Assembly: GCF_009914755.1 (NCBI RefSeq)
Contig: NC_060940.1
DNA from: the human T2T-CHM13v2.0 reference genome, Homo sapiens
Reading direction: 5' to 3' (one strand)
Length of the DNA: 64,000 nucleotides
Positions 47,556 to 63,662 of the stretch are shown piece by piece. The notes under the pieces are model-generated. The model had not been told where the DNA came from. It saw nothing but the letters and a program-made list of their open reading frames with translations, and ran no database searches. Made by a program: the position numbers and the translations under genes. The first letter of the stretch is position 1, and every line of letters starts with the position of its first letter.

Positions 47556-49183
47556 TAGAATCTCTTTATGGTTTTAGCATGTATTTCTGTACATATGCTC
47601 ACCATGTATCTACTTTACCAAGTGGCTTTCTTCTAAGAAGTAACTTGTAGGCCAAATGGAACACAAATTCCTAGATGACCCACTGTTGAAGGAAGCCTAT
47701 TGATGGTCCTAAATCCAATGGCCCAGGACATCATACTGCAGCAAAAATACACATCGAGTCCTCTTGGTTTTGCTTTCTTTTACAGTTGTCAAATGATCCA
47801 GAGGGTGACTCTTAGTGTATCCCTGCATTGCCTAGTCTTTCCCAGGCACTGTGCATTTAGATTTCAGATGCATCAGCAGAGAACAACTACTTCTGCATAA
47901 AGCTGATTTTAGCAAACAAAACAAAACCACCACCACCGACACCAAATGAGCTACCAGTTTCTAAGTCCATGTTGATTCCTGAAGTCTACGTTCTTCTGAA
48001 ATCAGTGAAAAGGATTCAGAGGTACTTACTGTGGTGCTATATGCCATGAAGTGTAGCCTTGCCCAGGCACCATGGTGAAGCACAGAGCAGGCCACAAGTC
48101 ACCACTGACCCAGGAGAAAATAATAGCATTGCTTTTTTTATAGGTCATCTTGCCCCTGATTATTTTTTTCTCGAAGATATCTTCACTATCCACTTTGGGA
48201 AGACATGAGTTTGCCATTTCTTTGACCAGTGTTCCACCAAAGGACAAAGCTGTGACAGGGCTTGGATATCATTCATGTTTGCAGATGTAGCCAATTTGCC
48301 CATGACATCCCAGCAATGATAGCAGGTGCCTCTGGATTCAATGAAAAGAACTACATCCTTAACATTTGACTTAGAGCAATGGTGGGCTTCTCAGAGACTC
48401 TTCCTCTAAGAGTTAATAAATGGATGCAAATATCACAAAAGGAACAAGAAGATGCCCAACTTGAATGCCTCATTCCTAGCCAAGTTGGTGGTGTCTCCAT
48501 ATAAAATGGGAGGCTCTTGTTCACTACTCAAAGGCACTGTGTGTTGGGGATTAGCTTGCACCTTTTACTTCTTATACACACGTGATGCTTATCAAGTATG
48601 CATCTGACACAAAAGCAGAACGAGCATCCTAATATTGAAGATACCCAGCTTTGAATGCTGACATTTCAGAGGAAAAGGTCAGCTCTTGCACTTTTATCTC
48701 TCTCATTTGGTAATAACCTTGAGTTGAGCCTTCCAACTCCTGCAGAACAGAGATACCCTCGGGCACTTTCAGGTCAAAGATGACTTTGAAAAGTGCAGAG
48801 CATTCAAAGTGAGAGTCGAGGTTAAGTGTGTGTGAGGCAGTAAGACCAGGTGTGAATGATGGGCGGTAAGAGGAGTTATATTCTCTTTGCCGTGTCAGGT
48901 TAGGAAGACATCTTGCTATGCAGTCTATTTTTTTCTCATCAAGTGTCACTGTGATGTTGGCTTTCAATGTGATCCCCTTAATGACCGTCCTGACACTCTT
49001 TCATGGTGTCACTCAGTTATCGTGAAAGTTACTGCAGGCTACAATGCTAAGTCATAGAGGTATTCAAAATATTCACAGGAATCAGAGAAGGGATCCTGAG
49101 TCTCTCTAGTCTTACAGAGGTAGGGTAGACGGCAAGGAGCAAGATCTTGCCAAAAAATTGTACTACCGGTCATCAGACCTTGA

Positions 49184-49657
<474 letters not shown>

Positions 49658-51178
49658 TTCACCACTTCACTTTAAAGTCAAGATTTTCAAGCAACTGACA
49701 AGATGTCAATTTGGCAAGATGATAGATACACTTAATACCTGTCAATTAAGAGAACACACCATGCATTTAGTGCACAAACTCAACCTTGTTCATCACAAAT
49801 AGCATCTGTGTCCCTTTTTTTAAAAGTATGCAAGATTTATTTGTTTCTGTAAATTTTGTCTATAAAAGTGCCAGGAACATACAGATTCATAGACCCCCTT
49901 GCAATGACTTTCAAGCCTCCTTAGTTTACAACCACTATTCTAAAGAAATGCAGTTTTATGCACTAAAAATCTGTTATTTCCTGCCAAACACCGGTGGTCA
50001 TGGAGCCGTTCTTGTTATAGGATACATTTAGTGGCAGGAATCACATTGTGAAGCATCTGTAAACATTCTCATTGGCTCCCTGCACTGGAGCTTAGGGAAT
50101 TTAGGAGGGTTTCCTCTTTTGGGTCATAGTTACTGCAAGAAACTACAGTTTAACTCCAATTCGGTACTTCTCACGTTATTTGGACATGAGACATCTTCTT
50201 TCCTTTTGGTGCTCTATCCTGTCTTTGTCTTCCCACTTTGACAGGGGTTTACAGTGAGGACAATTACAGAGAAAAACAGTCACAAAGATCTTTGTGCTTT
50301 TCCCCCCCTTTGTCTCTTGTTAAATATAGGCATGGGATTTCAAAGTCAAAAGCAAAACAAGTCAAAAAAGCAACCTCCTTCTTCAAACTGCCTAAAACTT
50401 GGCAGTGATCATTACAACGTCTGTAACCACTAATAATTCGACCATACCATCTGCAACCGTTACATGCCTAATGGTTACTGCAGATGACTCATTTTATTTC
50501 TAATTTGTATCTTCAGCACATCATGAAGATTGGAATCCTGATTACCTTTTCCACCTTGTGCTTCATATTCTTTACTTTCTACTCATCGGAAGCATTTGTT
50601 CCCATGTTTGGCATTAAATCTTCTAGCTCATCTTTTTTTTTTTTTTTTCTCATTTGAGATGGAACATTCCTTGGGCAAGATATATGGCTACAGTATACAA
50701 AGCAGAAGCCATCGTCTTTTAAAAATACCGGTTGAGGTTCAAGTGAATGGATCTGTTCTGTGCAGTGGCATTGATATTAAATGGTTCATTGGAAGGGATG
50801 TTAGTTTTATAGGTGGCTACTTTTTCCTTGAGCTTTGTCTTCACGTTAGGTATCATGCATGAGCATGCATTTTCTTTACAGATAAATGTTTGATGATCCC
50901 AAAAGAGGAATATATGGATTTCTAACAAATTAATTGCGATATATTGCACCCTAAATAGAATGTTTAACTTAATATTTAACATTTAAACATTCTGGGTTTG
51001 AAGTGAGACAAGTGGATTGTGATATATCCAGACTTCTGCTACAACAGATGGATGGATGTTCTGGATGCCTTCACGGAATTGTCAGAAACAGTTGCTCAAT
51101 GACTACAGTTCTCAAATTTACACAACACCCTTGTTGATTCCACAGCCTTACTTTAGGGGTCAAAATACAGACCCTCTT

Positions 51179-51335
51179 GGCCAGGCATGATGGTGGCTTA
51201 TACCTGTAATCCCAGCACTTTGGGAGGCCGAGGTGGGAGGGTTGCTTGAGTTCAAGAATTTTAGACCAGCCTGCGCAACATAGGGAGACCCAGTTTCTAC
51301 AACAATAAAATCAAAAAAAACCACACCAAAACAAA
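51179..51335 (+). mobile_element. Left Alu monomer (FLAM-like)
   Basis: Single left arm followed by an A-rich tail. Confidence 0.82.
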
Positions 51336-51775
51336 ATATAGGTCCTCTGGGCAGGAAAATGGTCCACTAAACCTCTCTTTATTGTCACAAAAAAACAGAT
51401 CACATGACTTTCAGCACATGCAAAGGAAGATTTCAAGATCACTTTTTAGTCACGAGACGGGCTTGCCTGTACTTACGACGTTAATGGAAAGTTCCATCTA
51501 CCATGATGTTGTGAGTGAAGTCATTATGGGGAGACAGGGCATGGTACCTTCTACTTCTGCATTCTGAACGGGAAGCTGACACTAAGAAAAACTGGGATGA
51601 TGCCTTTCTTTGGCCTTCACGCACAATCTTTGAACTAACCTTTACTTTTACGTTTTATGCTGTATCCATTGAACATCCCTCACAGTTTTTCAGAGAAATA
51701 TTGTTTGATCTGAGAACATCTAAAAATGCTTGGTAGGTATTTGCCAAAGTGTGTGTGCCTGTAAGCTTCTAGATC

Positions 51776-52074
<299 letters not shown>

Positions 52075-54729
52075 GGATCCTGCTCTTGATACAGCTATTG
52101 AGAAACTTTGTGTGGATTTGAGGCGTTGTTGAATGCAGCTGAACATTGATGTTGAGCAAACAAATGCTAGTTATGTCTGCGAATGAGTCGTGTCTATTTA
52201 AATTGAAAATGTGCCAGCTGTGTTTACATCATTAGTAGCGAACTTCCCAATTAAACTGTTGATACTATAAATATAGTACACAACTGTCTTGGAAATGGGG
52301 CTTACATCAGCATTCTTCTTTGGGCTTGTTTCACCGGCTTTGAGAACCGTCAACCTAACAGCAACTGCCACAGAAGCAAACTTTGAGACCACTTCAGGGC
52401 AGCTGATGTCATTGTTTCATTTAGGGAATGACACCTGCCAAGATTGCTGTTTGATTGGTTCTGTCTCAATCAGATCTTATTTTAAAGGAAATGTTTTTGG
52501 GTTGACTGCCTAGAGAATGTTCCATAGATGACAGTTGCATCGCGGTTTTGGAAGAAGTCCTTTTCAAGCTTCTCTTTCTGTAAATATATGTGCTTCTAGG
52601 CTCTTATGCCTGAAATAAATATGATAGCGTCTGTGTAGACTGAATATTCAAGGGTGGTTGGTATCAAAATTACTGCTTGAGGAGTTCACAAAACTGGAGG
52701 TTTCTTTACTATGAAATTCAGCTCACGTTTGAATGGCAAATCCTTCATTTCCCCAATCTGAATGTTTTCTTCTATTTCCAGTGATTTTTCTCTGCCTAAA
52801 ACTAGGGCACTGAAAATGCTCTGTAAAGGAATATTCTCTTGACCAAAAGATCTAAGTCCACAGATTGCAGGATGAGTAAGCTGCACATTTGTTGGCGTTT
52901 CCATTGTGCATGCAAGCAATGTGACCCCTTTCCATGTTCTCTTCTGAGTATTTTCTCTTTGGTTTCTTCCTATCCTTTGCTTCTCTGAACAGAAGTGCTG
53001 GTAGTTCTTTGTTTCACAACTTGAAATATGTGCGTCTGTGATTCCCCCGGCTGTATAGTGTATGGGTCCTGAGGAACGGGCACATTTCTATGGCACAGAA
53101 TGACAAACTTTTGGTTACTTTGTCCCATAGTCAGAACTATTTTTATTTCAAGATTGGGCTGTCTGTATTCAAGTGGCATATACATTTGTTTCTACTGTTT
53201 CTGGGAGGGTGGATTTCTTTGTCCATTCCAGAGGATAGCTATCTGTATGTTCTAAATAATTTGTTTCTTGAATGTTAGTAGGACCCTCTTGACATTCACT
53301 CTCTGTGTCTCTGGATACTCTATGACTGAAACACATAGTCAGGCAAACCTCCCCTGCTTCTTGTGTGGTCTTTTTGTTTGTTCCTTTTTTATCCTGCCCC
53401 ACCCCTCACCCCAGTCGCTCTGTCCGCTGCCACACAGAAGCACGCGTAATGCTCTCCACTCAAGGGAGAGATGGAATACAAAACCTCTGGGGGTCATAAA
53501 GGATGCAATTAAAATCCAGAATGCAGAAGTGAATGGAATGATAGGAAAGCTCAAAACAAAACAAAAAAAGAGGATGGAAATATTTATGTTGCCCTGTTTA
53601 ATTTTTAATCACTCAAAGAGCATTTGCTCTCATTCTGCATGGAGATAAAATTCCCATTTTATTTTTCCCTGGGCCACAGTACATGATTTTACATTACCCT
53701 CTCTCTCAGTTGCTCGTACTTATGCAGGTTAGGCTACTGTACTCAAGAAATGGCCACAATACTTCATGTGATCTCAGAAAACTGAAAAAATTCCACGGTT
53801 GGGGGAAAGGATTTCAGATGATCCGATGCCCCTAGTTCTAGAGCCCATACTTCCTGTTTTGAAACGTGATCAAGAATTGCTTGATGTACATTTCTCACTG
53901 GGACTTCCAGATTTCACAAATTTAAAAAATATGTAAGACACAGTCGTTGAATTTGAAGTTCAAATAAACCACAAGTATTAAGTATAAGTATGTCCCAAAT
54001 GTTGTGTGTGACATATCCTGAAAAATCTGAAATTTAAATTTAACCAAGTGTCTGCATTTTATTTGTCTCTATTTATAATCTGAGTCTCTGTTTCTGGACT
54101 TTTCATAGAGCCTATTCATGCTAGTTGTCTAAAATCTATTTGTTTAACAATGTGGAGAATTATCTTGAGAGAATTTCAGCCCAAGCACTGATCACAACCG
54201 CTGATACCATCATGATGATAGTGCCTAGATAGTGGAGTTTGCTTCTGTGTTTGTACTTTCTTGCTCATATGATAGAGCTGCTCCTAGATTTTATGTGAGC
54301 TAGGAGCCAACCCCAGTCACATCACATTCTCACTGGACATTGATTATCAAAATCACATTTCATCAAGGGTGTTTCTCCCAGTGTTTAGTGGGATAGACCA
54401 GAAGGATCATTGTATGTACATACTAGCCACTTTTAATCTTTGCTGCTCAGTGCCTGGGAAAGCAGACATGCACACAGGAAAAAAAGAAAAATAGAATTAA
54501 CCTCTTGATTAATATTTTGTATCAAGCCTTGCCGGTATATTCCATAATAAGGAGAAAATATGGGTGGTTTTATTTTCTCTTGTTTCAAGCACATTAACCA
54601 TAAAACATAAAATGTGTATCCTTGGTATTAAAAGAGAAAAAAATGGACGTGGGAAACAATTACTACTGTACATAGTAATGTCTACTGCATTTCTCTTCTT
54701 GCTTATAAGATATTTCTATTTCTTTGCAG

Positions 54730-54783
54730 CAATTTGGTAAAATCTTAGATGTTGAAATTATTTTTAATGAGCGAGGCTCAAAG
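54730..54783 (+). CDS. RBFOX1: RBFOX1 internal coding exon, 54 nt, phase 0/0: QFGKILDVEIIFNERGSK
   Basis: Acceptor tttctttgcag|CAA; donor AAG|gtaagc; continues the RRM in frame. Too short to appear in the ORF track. Confidence 0.97.
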
Positions 54784-55357
54784 GTAAGCAACTTAATTCA
54801 CTTTAGAATTGTTTAGTTTATTTTTAAATGTTTGTTATGAATAAGGGGAAACAACTGCACTGTCTTAATCAGCTCATTGTGAAAATACACTTCAGTGGGA
54901 ATTCCTTTAGAGACCACCTTCCGTTTTCAAAATGGTGGGAAAGACATCGGGTTCAGTTTAAAATGTATAAGGGGATAATTTTAAATTGCTGTTTTATATA
55001 TATATCAAGTTTCCAGAGGAAAATTATACATGCTTAAAAAAATAATGATGTTGCTACATTTTTGTTTTTCAGTGATAATTATGTTCTTTATATTAAAAAG
55101 TGAGTTGATAGTCTCATGAGCAGGTAAATATGTGATTATTCTGTATTAATAAAGTGCAGTTATTTTCCTGGGTTGTAGGGGAGAAAAATCTCATATACAC
55201 CAACCTTTTGAATGTAATTTTATTCTTTAGTATGTTTACCGATCCACATTTAGCAATTTGCCATTGCTTTGAGTTTGTTTTTTCAAGGAAACCAATTTTT
55301 AAATAGATTCCCTAGTGCTAATAAAAGTCAGGGGCTCTATGGAGAGGTTTGGGTTCA

Positions 55358-55688
<331 letters not shown>

Positions 55689-55738
55689 TATGTTGGGAGA
55701 AGAAAAAAACAGAAACATTTCTAAAACCTCCTCTCTAT

Positions 55739-55880
55739 CAGTGGCTAACCAAGGGTGGTCCCAGACCAGGAATATCAGCATCACCTAGGAACTGATTAGA
55801 AATGCAAGTTCTCAGGCTCCAGCCCTGATCTGTTGAATTCAAAACTCCCAAGTTAGGGCTCAGCAACCTGTGTTTTAGCT
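55739..55880. mobile_element. MER5A fragment
   Basis: cagtggctaaccaagggtggtcccagaccagg...cagcatcacctaggaactgattagaaatgca. Confidence 0.8.
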
Positions 55881-57393
55881 CCACTGAGGAAAACAACACA
55901 TGAGGCCTATAAGCAGACACAGGGGGTTAACAGGGAGAATGATGGAGAACAAAGATGTGGATCTTGGTAACCAGAAAGTGAATGCTTTCAATAGCTCTGC
56001 CGGGTCTCCTGGCTGCCAGTCCCCAGGCTATTAGGAATTTTAAGTTCCCTTCTCCTTGCATCCTCAGACTATGAATGAAAATGTTGAGAGATACTGATTT
56101 CAGCCCATTGACTCTCCTTACACAGGCGATTTGAGGCAAGTCGGTATCACGGAGGGTCAGTAAGCGGTGCTGGTTTTATTTGAAGTGTCACAGGCCACAT
56201 TGCCAGCTCTTTTGGATGTGTATAACCATCTTTCCCCCATAAAACAAACCTTTGATTTTTTTTTCTTTATTCCTTGGACAGCCTTCCTCCCTCCTAAGTA
56301 AATTTAGTACTAATTAACTAGGACGATGTTGATCATATCAAGGAAAGAAAACCCCAGTATTTTCTCCTCCATGGCCAGAGTGATGTCGTAATCTGTCAGA
56401 TGAGCAAAAACAAAAGCAAAACAGAATCCATTACACTTTGTGATAATACTCCTTCAGGGACCTTGTCATTTTTCCATAGCTCCAGATATTTTACAATCGT
56501 TCTCGAACTTAAGTCTCTTCCTGCTTCTTGTAGGAAAGTTATTACGGGGACTATTGCTATACCTGCAAAGCAAAGTGCATTGAGAGAAAAATGTGCCCAG
56601 CCTAATTCTGTTCACTCGAGCCTTCTGTATTCTTGGCGAAATTGTAGATGACCCGAATGTTGACCAACTTCGTTCTGACCCTAGGTCTGTCTATAGCAGC
56701 ACTGCCTTCAAAGATGTGTTGTTGTTGTTGTTTTTTAATATGTTTAATTTATATTTTGTTTTGTAACTTTTGCCAGTTACAATGAAGAAAGCTGTTTAAT
56801 TCCTTCTGAGAGCTGTTTTGGGACATTAGAAGAATATCATTTGCCATTTTGAAAGTACAATGGTGATACTGTTTTTAAGACATCTTCCGTCATTCCCATG
56901 ATTAGCCTGTCTCTGGGGGCTTCAGGAAAAAGACCATTTAAGTTTGCTGCATCCAGAGCCTGACTTTGTGAAGCTGCCTTTTTTTGGTCTTTATTCTTTT
57001 GGTTTAGGAAACATCCAAAATAGCCTCTCTCGGTGGGTATGCGCCCTCTGAAAGAGCTTGTCTTGCAGGTGTTGGAGCTGACTGTTTAGGTACTGCTGGA
57101 ATGGCACTGAGACAGTCCAGTTGGGACTGCTAAATGGGGGCAGCAGCTCACACAGGGATATTTTTCATAGTTGACATTATCCTTTATGGGAAAGGGCCTT
57201 ATTTAGAGGAGCATTTCCATTTTAATGGTTCAGAAACCTGAACTGTTGCTATGGCCTCATTTTCATCGTTTGGTGCTGGACAGACAGCCAGGAAATGAGT
57301 GGGCCCTTACGAGCCAGGAACTCACCTTCTTGCCTTTCATTCTCTAGAGCAGTTCTTCAGGCAGGCCACTCAATGCTGAAGGCTGTGTGTGCT

Positions 57394-57396
<3 letters not shown>

Positions 57397-57446
<50 letters not shown>
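57397..57446. repeat. (TG)25 microsatellite
   Basis: Counted directly. Confidence 0.97.
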
Positions 57447-57450
<4 letters not shown>

Positions 57451-57482
57451 CGGACATATAAACCCATATGTACTTAAGGGAT

Positions 57483-57767
57483 GGACGCAGTGTCTCATAC
57501 CTAACATTCTAGCCCTTTAGGAAGCTGAGGTGGGAGTATTGTATGAAGCCAGGAGTTCAAGACCAGCCTGGACAACAGTGAGACCCCATCTCCACAAAAT
57601 AATAATTTAAAATTAGCTGGGCATGGTGATATACACCTGTAGTCCAAGCTACTTGGGAGGCTGAGGCAGGAGGATTGCTTGATCCCAGGAGGTCAAGGCT
57701 TTACTGAGCTATGATTGCACCACTGCATTCCAGCTTGGGTGACAGAGTGAGTCCTTATCTCAGAACA
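57483..57767 (+). mobile_element. Alu (AluJ-like) lacking a normal poly-A tail
   Basis: Diverged dimeric Alu. Confidence 0.88.
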
Positions 57768-58072
57768 AGTATCTATATTACTTTGGAATATAGATCCAGT
57801 ATCTATATTCCAGGTAGTATCTATATTATTTTGGAAATGTATATAACTCAAGTATTTAATGTATGGGTGAATAGCAAGAATGCAGAAAATCCACATTTTA
57901 AAGAGATGTCAGAGAGAAAATGAGAATTCGTAAGCATTTAGGGGCGAATGATCCTGTAATTTATTTTTCCTTTTTACGAGATTTACCCAACCATCTCGTT
58001 TACCTCTGATATGGTCTATTTAAGGGCTGTATACAGATATAGCTACTCCCTACGTATATACTTAAGATATCT

Positions 58073-58379
<307 letters not shown>

Positions 58380-60324
58380 CTACACTTTGATCTTTGATTC
58401 AGTAGATATCAGTAAGTATTTGCTGCATTTCATGAGAGCCAACCATGAGTAAGACAGAAGTACTTCCTGTCCTCCTGGGCTTTCCTGAGTAGCAGGAGAG
58501 ATGGACTAGGAAGATGAGTGACTGCAGTAGCCTGTGCTGTTCTGCGGTGATGGGAGAGGCCACTGAGAGTCCGGACAGGCAGGCTGATATTGTGAGAAGG
58601 CTTCTGGAAAGAAGGAACATTTAAGCTGAGAGTGAGAGTTGCGTAAGAATTTCCCAGGGAGGGGAAAGAGGGATGTCTCTCAGGCAGGAGAAGTTGCATG
58701 TGCAAAGATCACTGGAGTAAAAGTGAGATGAGAGGGCTCATAGTCCCATCGGAAAATGAATCTTCACATGCTCATCAACAGCTCCCCTCTTCTAAATATG
58801 AATTCTCTGCACCAGAAACTAGAGGACTGGATTTTTCATCTAGGATGAAAAATCAGTACCTTCATCCATCCAGGGTGCTTTATTTAAGTCTTTAACATAT
58901 AAAATGGTGTATTTGCATGAATGCAAAAAAGGAAGATATCACCTAAAAATACAAAAGATGAAAAAAGAACAATAACTAGGATACAAGAGGATCAGAATGT
59001 ATGATTTGCGAAAATATTTTAAAGTAAGCAAGTCACGTTGGTCTGGCAATCCTCTTAAGGTCCCCGTTATCTGCCCTACTGATTATACCTGCTCATGACA
59101 GGGCACAGGCCACCAATCTCTTTTCTTCAGTAGCATTAAAGGTAAACTCTGGGAAGGTGTGTCTCTGACTCCCCTTCTCTGTACCCCTTCTTGCGGTCTT
59201 GATTTTTTAAGCGGTTACACATCAGCATCACACCCAGCCCTATGCCGAGCAAGCCAAGCTCAGAATGTGCTTGTTTTGTTCTCCTTTTTAAGGCAGAGGT
59301 AAAAATATTCATCATCTTTTTAAAAACTGCAAATTGCTGCTTCCCTGAGTTAGAATTCCGACCATGAGGCGGGTCAGAAAAAACAACCTTAGCACCCGCT
59401 CTCAAGGTTGCCTGGCACCTGTGCATCGTGGCAAAGGTTCCCTGCTCATAGAGAGGACCAGGTGAGGTCTTTCTGGTTACATTGCAACCCTCAGGTGAGA
59501 ATTTTGATAACCTGATAACCCAGGGAGGCCATGCCACTTCTTGTCTGGGTGGGAGGTAGAATTGCCCAACGGAACAGGTAGGAAAGTCTGTCTGGCATTT
59601 TGAGGACCGTCTGGAGCACATTCTTTCTGCACCGAACTTTGTCAAATCTCAACTCTAAATGAGGAATACCAAGTAGCTGACAAGCAAAGAGAGAAAGAAG
59701 TTTCGCAGAAAAACAATGAGAATAATAAAAAAGAATGTATTCTCTGTGCTTAAAAAGTGAGAACTTGAGAATAGATGAGGCTATTTCCTTTTTAGTTCAT
59801 GCCCCTTCCTTGGGATTCAAAATGTATTTCTCTTTCCACCTTTGTCTTTCCTAAACATACTTAATGCTGATTTCGGGGCAGTAGGTTTGCCTTGGGTTCA
59901 GACATGAAGCATGAGAGCAAGGTTCTGGAGTATAATGTTGGACAGGAGGGTGAGTGTTCAGTCTCACCTGGCTGTGTTCTTCCCAGTGCTGTGGTAATAA
60001 TGACTGCTAGTTCCAAAGGGCAGAAATGATACCACCTGGCCCTCCAGCTATACCAGTGGGGCTATGGATTTTCTTTTCTTGCCGGGAGAGAATATAAATC
60101 CAAAGCCCTCGTTTCTCTGATTCTTTTTGGAATATGTGGCATGGCTATGGTTGCTAGGAAGTTAGGCCCATCAGGGAGGAAGAGAACGTTGCCAAGAAGC
60201 CTGGGACATGTGCTTTTGGCTGTACCTCTACATGTAAGCTCCAAGTAACTGAGTCAAAATCTATAGCCAAAAATCTATAGATATCAGCAATATAAAATTC
60301 TATTTATTACAAAGGATGAAAACC

Positions 60325-60607
60325 TCTTTTTCAGATAGGGTGTCACCCAGGCTGGAGTACAGGGGTACAATCACAGCTCACTGTAGCCTCAACCTCCTGG
60401 GCTCAAGCAATGAATGCTCCCACCTCAGCCTCCCAAGTAGCAGAGACAATAGGTACAGGCTGTCACACCTGGCTTTTTTTTTTTTTTTGGTAGAGGTGAG
60501 GTTTTGCCATGTTACTCAGCCTGGTCTCAAACTCCTGGGCTCAAGTGATCCTCCTGCCTTGGCCTCCCAAACCGCTTGCATTACAGGTGTGAGCCACCAT
60601 GCCTGGC
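60325..60607 (-). mobile_element. Alu (AluJ-like)
   Basis: Reverse-complement Alu; TSD-like aaaacct on both sides. Confidence 0.9.
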
Positions 60608-61104
60608 CCAAAACCTTCTTTTGATGGTTTCGATCACACGTAGTGAAATGAGAGGTCATGGAAATCAAATCACTGGGCCACACATTTTAAGCAAACACAT
60701 TTCTGGACTCCAGTCTGGGATTCTAATCCAGTGGATACAAAGCAAGGCTCAGGAATCTTAATGTTTAATGTCCTCCCAAGTTCCTTCTGATATGCGGCTA
60801 AGTTTGAGATATACTGGCCAAGAGTTAGAACTGTCAAATAGAGCAAAATCCCCCTAAATTCTCTCTTTTTTCCCTTTGAAGAACAATCATTTCCAAACTA
60901 TACAGTTGGCGAGTGTATTTGCATACCCAATATGGGCATACTTTGTGCACAAGACTAAGCAAGACCCTTCTGTTATGGAGCAAATAATCTTAAATGAATC
61001 AGATAATTCAGGCTTATCCTAATCACAGAGCCTCACTATGGGAAAGATTATGGAAGGTAATTTGGTTCAATCCCCTAAAGTAAAGAAACGTTATTTTTCT
61101 CGAT

Positions 61105-61342
61105 ACAGTTCACCCTTGAACAACACAGGTTTGAACTGTGCAGGTCCACTTACATGTGAATTTTTTTTTTTTCCAACCAAAGGCAGTATTCCCAGGATGT
61201 GTGGCCTGTATATATAGAGGGCTGATTTTCTTCTATACTCACATTCCACGGGGTGACTGTGGGACTTGGAAATGCAAGGATTTGGGTATCAGGGGTGGGG
61301 ATGTCTTGGAACTAATCTGTAGTGGATTCTGAGGTACAGCTG
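61105..61342. mobile_element. MER8-like Tigger MITE
   Basis: ta|cagttcacccttgaacaacacaggtttgaactgtgcaggtccactta. Confidence 0.75.
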
Positions 61343-61467
61343 TCTATAGAATCCCGACAAATAATCATCTACCCTCACTTGAATACATCCACATCCCCTG
61401 TCTTCTGTGGCTGATGAGCCTATTCCGACTGTTGAAAAGTTCCGTTAGCCAGCCCATTGCACAATAC

Positions 61468-61670
61468 TTTTTTTGTTGTTTTATTATACTTTAAGTTCTA
61501 GGGTACAGGTGCACACTGTGCAGGTTTGTTACATAGGTATACGTGTGCCATATTGGTTTGCTGCACCCATCAACTAGTCATTTACATTAGGTATTTCTCC
61601 TAACGCTATCCCTCCCCCAGCCCCCCACCCCGTGACAGGCCCTGGTGTGTGATGTTCCCCGCCCTGTGGT
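61468..61670 (-). mobile_element. Short L1PA 3'-end insertion
   Basis: ttattatactttaagttctagggtaca...; TSD-like caatac on both sides. Confidence 0.9.
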
Positions 61671-62543
61671 CAATACCTCTTTAGCCTTAAATTTGGAGGT
61701 GATTATAGAGAACTAATGTAGGACTGGGAGTTATCACCAGTTGGTTATAACTACCATGTATTTGTAATTATTGTGCATTTCTTTAGTAAAACTAAGTATT
61801 ATACTGTCCCAACTCAACTTGGAGCCAACAAGGATTATTTGATGCTAAGAGGAGCCCCAACATATTGCATGATTTCACCCAGTTTACAGTGAAAAATCTG
61901 AAAGAGCTGGGTAAATTTATGTGGAAATTGTTCGAAAGGTTGGTGTATATTTCTGAACAAGATGTACAAATATTTTTAGGGGCTTTAAAAATAATGTGTC
62001 GTATTTTCTGTACTTAGGAACAATGTCAGTGAAGACAAAATACGGATTTTGACAATATAGTTTAGTGGGGTTGATTTTTGAGGCTGAAATATTAAAAGCC
62101 AATGTACCTGTGGTAAATTAAAAGGTATATATGTTATCTATCAGTAAAAGAGGAAGTGGCCAGAATATTATTACAAATTACATTCTATTAACAAAGTTTC
62201 TTTGCTACCTGTTGATATGAAAAATAAATATTGACCTAATGCCAGAACTTTACAATATGGGTACACCTTTCCCTTTCTGGTTAACAAAGTAGGATGGAAG
62301 GTTGTCAAATTCAAAAGCGTGTATGCAATTTGAAGAGTGGGGAAAGTATGAGCACAAACATTGAATTGTTTGTATTATTAATCAACTGAAGTTTATTTCT
62401 GTTCATTTCATGTGACTTTTTTGTTTATTAGACCAAAGAGTTTAAGATTTATTATAAAAAAGGTCTTTCCTTTTTTAGGCTTTTAAGTTTTATTTTTGAG
62501 AAGTAAAGGCTGTAGAACTGACAAATTTGAATAACCCTAAAAC

Positions 62544-63297
<754 letters not shown>

Positions 63298-63619
63298 TAG
63301 TTTTTTTTTTAATTTTACTTTATTATGTTACTCTTATACCGCTGAAAGGTGGATGGCAAACGTGAGACAAAAGAAAGGTTAATCGGAAAGTGTTTTTTTG
63401 TTGTTATTTTCCATGTTTTATAATCAATGGGTGCAGTAGGTTCCAAAGAATAGACAGTATTGCAAACCAAACAAAATACAGAACAGTTTCTTTTTCTTTT
63501 TCTTTCCACTTCAGGGTTGAAGAGGGATCCACAGTGGTTGGCAAATTAAACCAAATTGGGAAAGCAAAAAAGATTGTTTTTTTGTTTGTTTTTTTTGTTT
63601 GTTTGTTTGTTTTTTGTGG

Positions 63620-63662
63620 AAAAAAAAAAACGAGAGGTTTAAAACCTCTCGTTTTTTTTTTT
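63620..63662. repeat. Perfect inverted repeat, 21-bp arms, 1-nt spacer
   Basis: A11-cgagaggttt a aaacctctcg-T11. Confidence 0.92.

Noticed and set aside
59136-59645. 169-aa minus-strand ORF (likewise 16422..16907, 18805..19266, 6666..7106 and 63511..63987)
   Set aside because: No recognisable domain or exon structure; several overlap L2 or low-complexity DNA; the lengths are compatible with chance.
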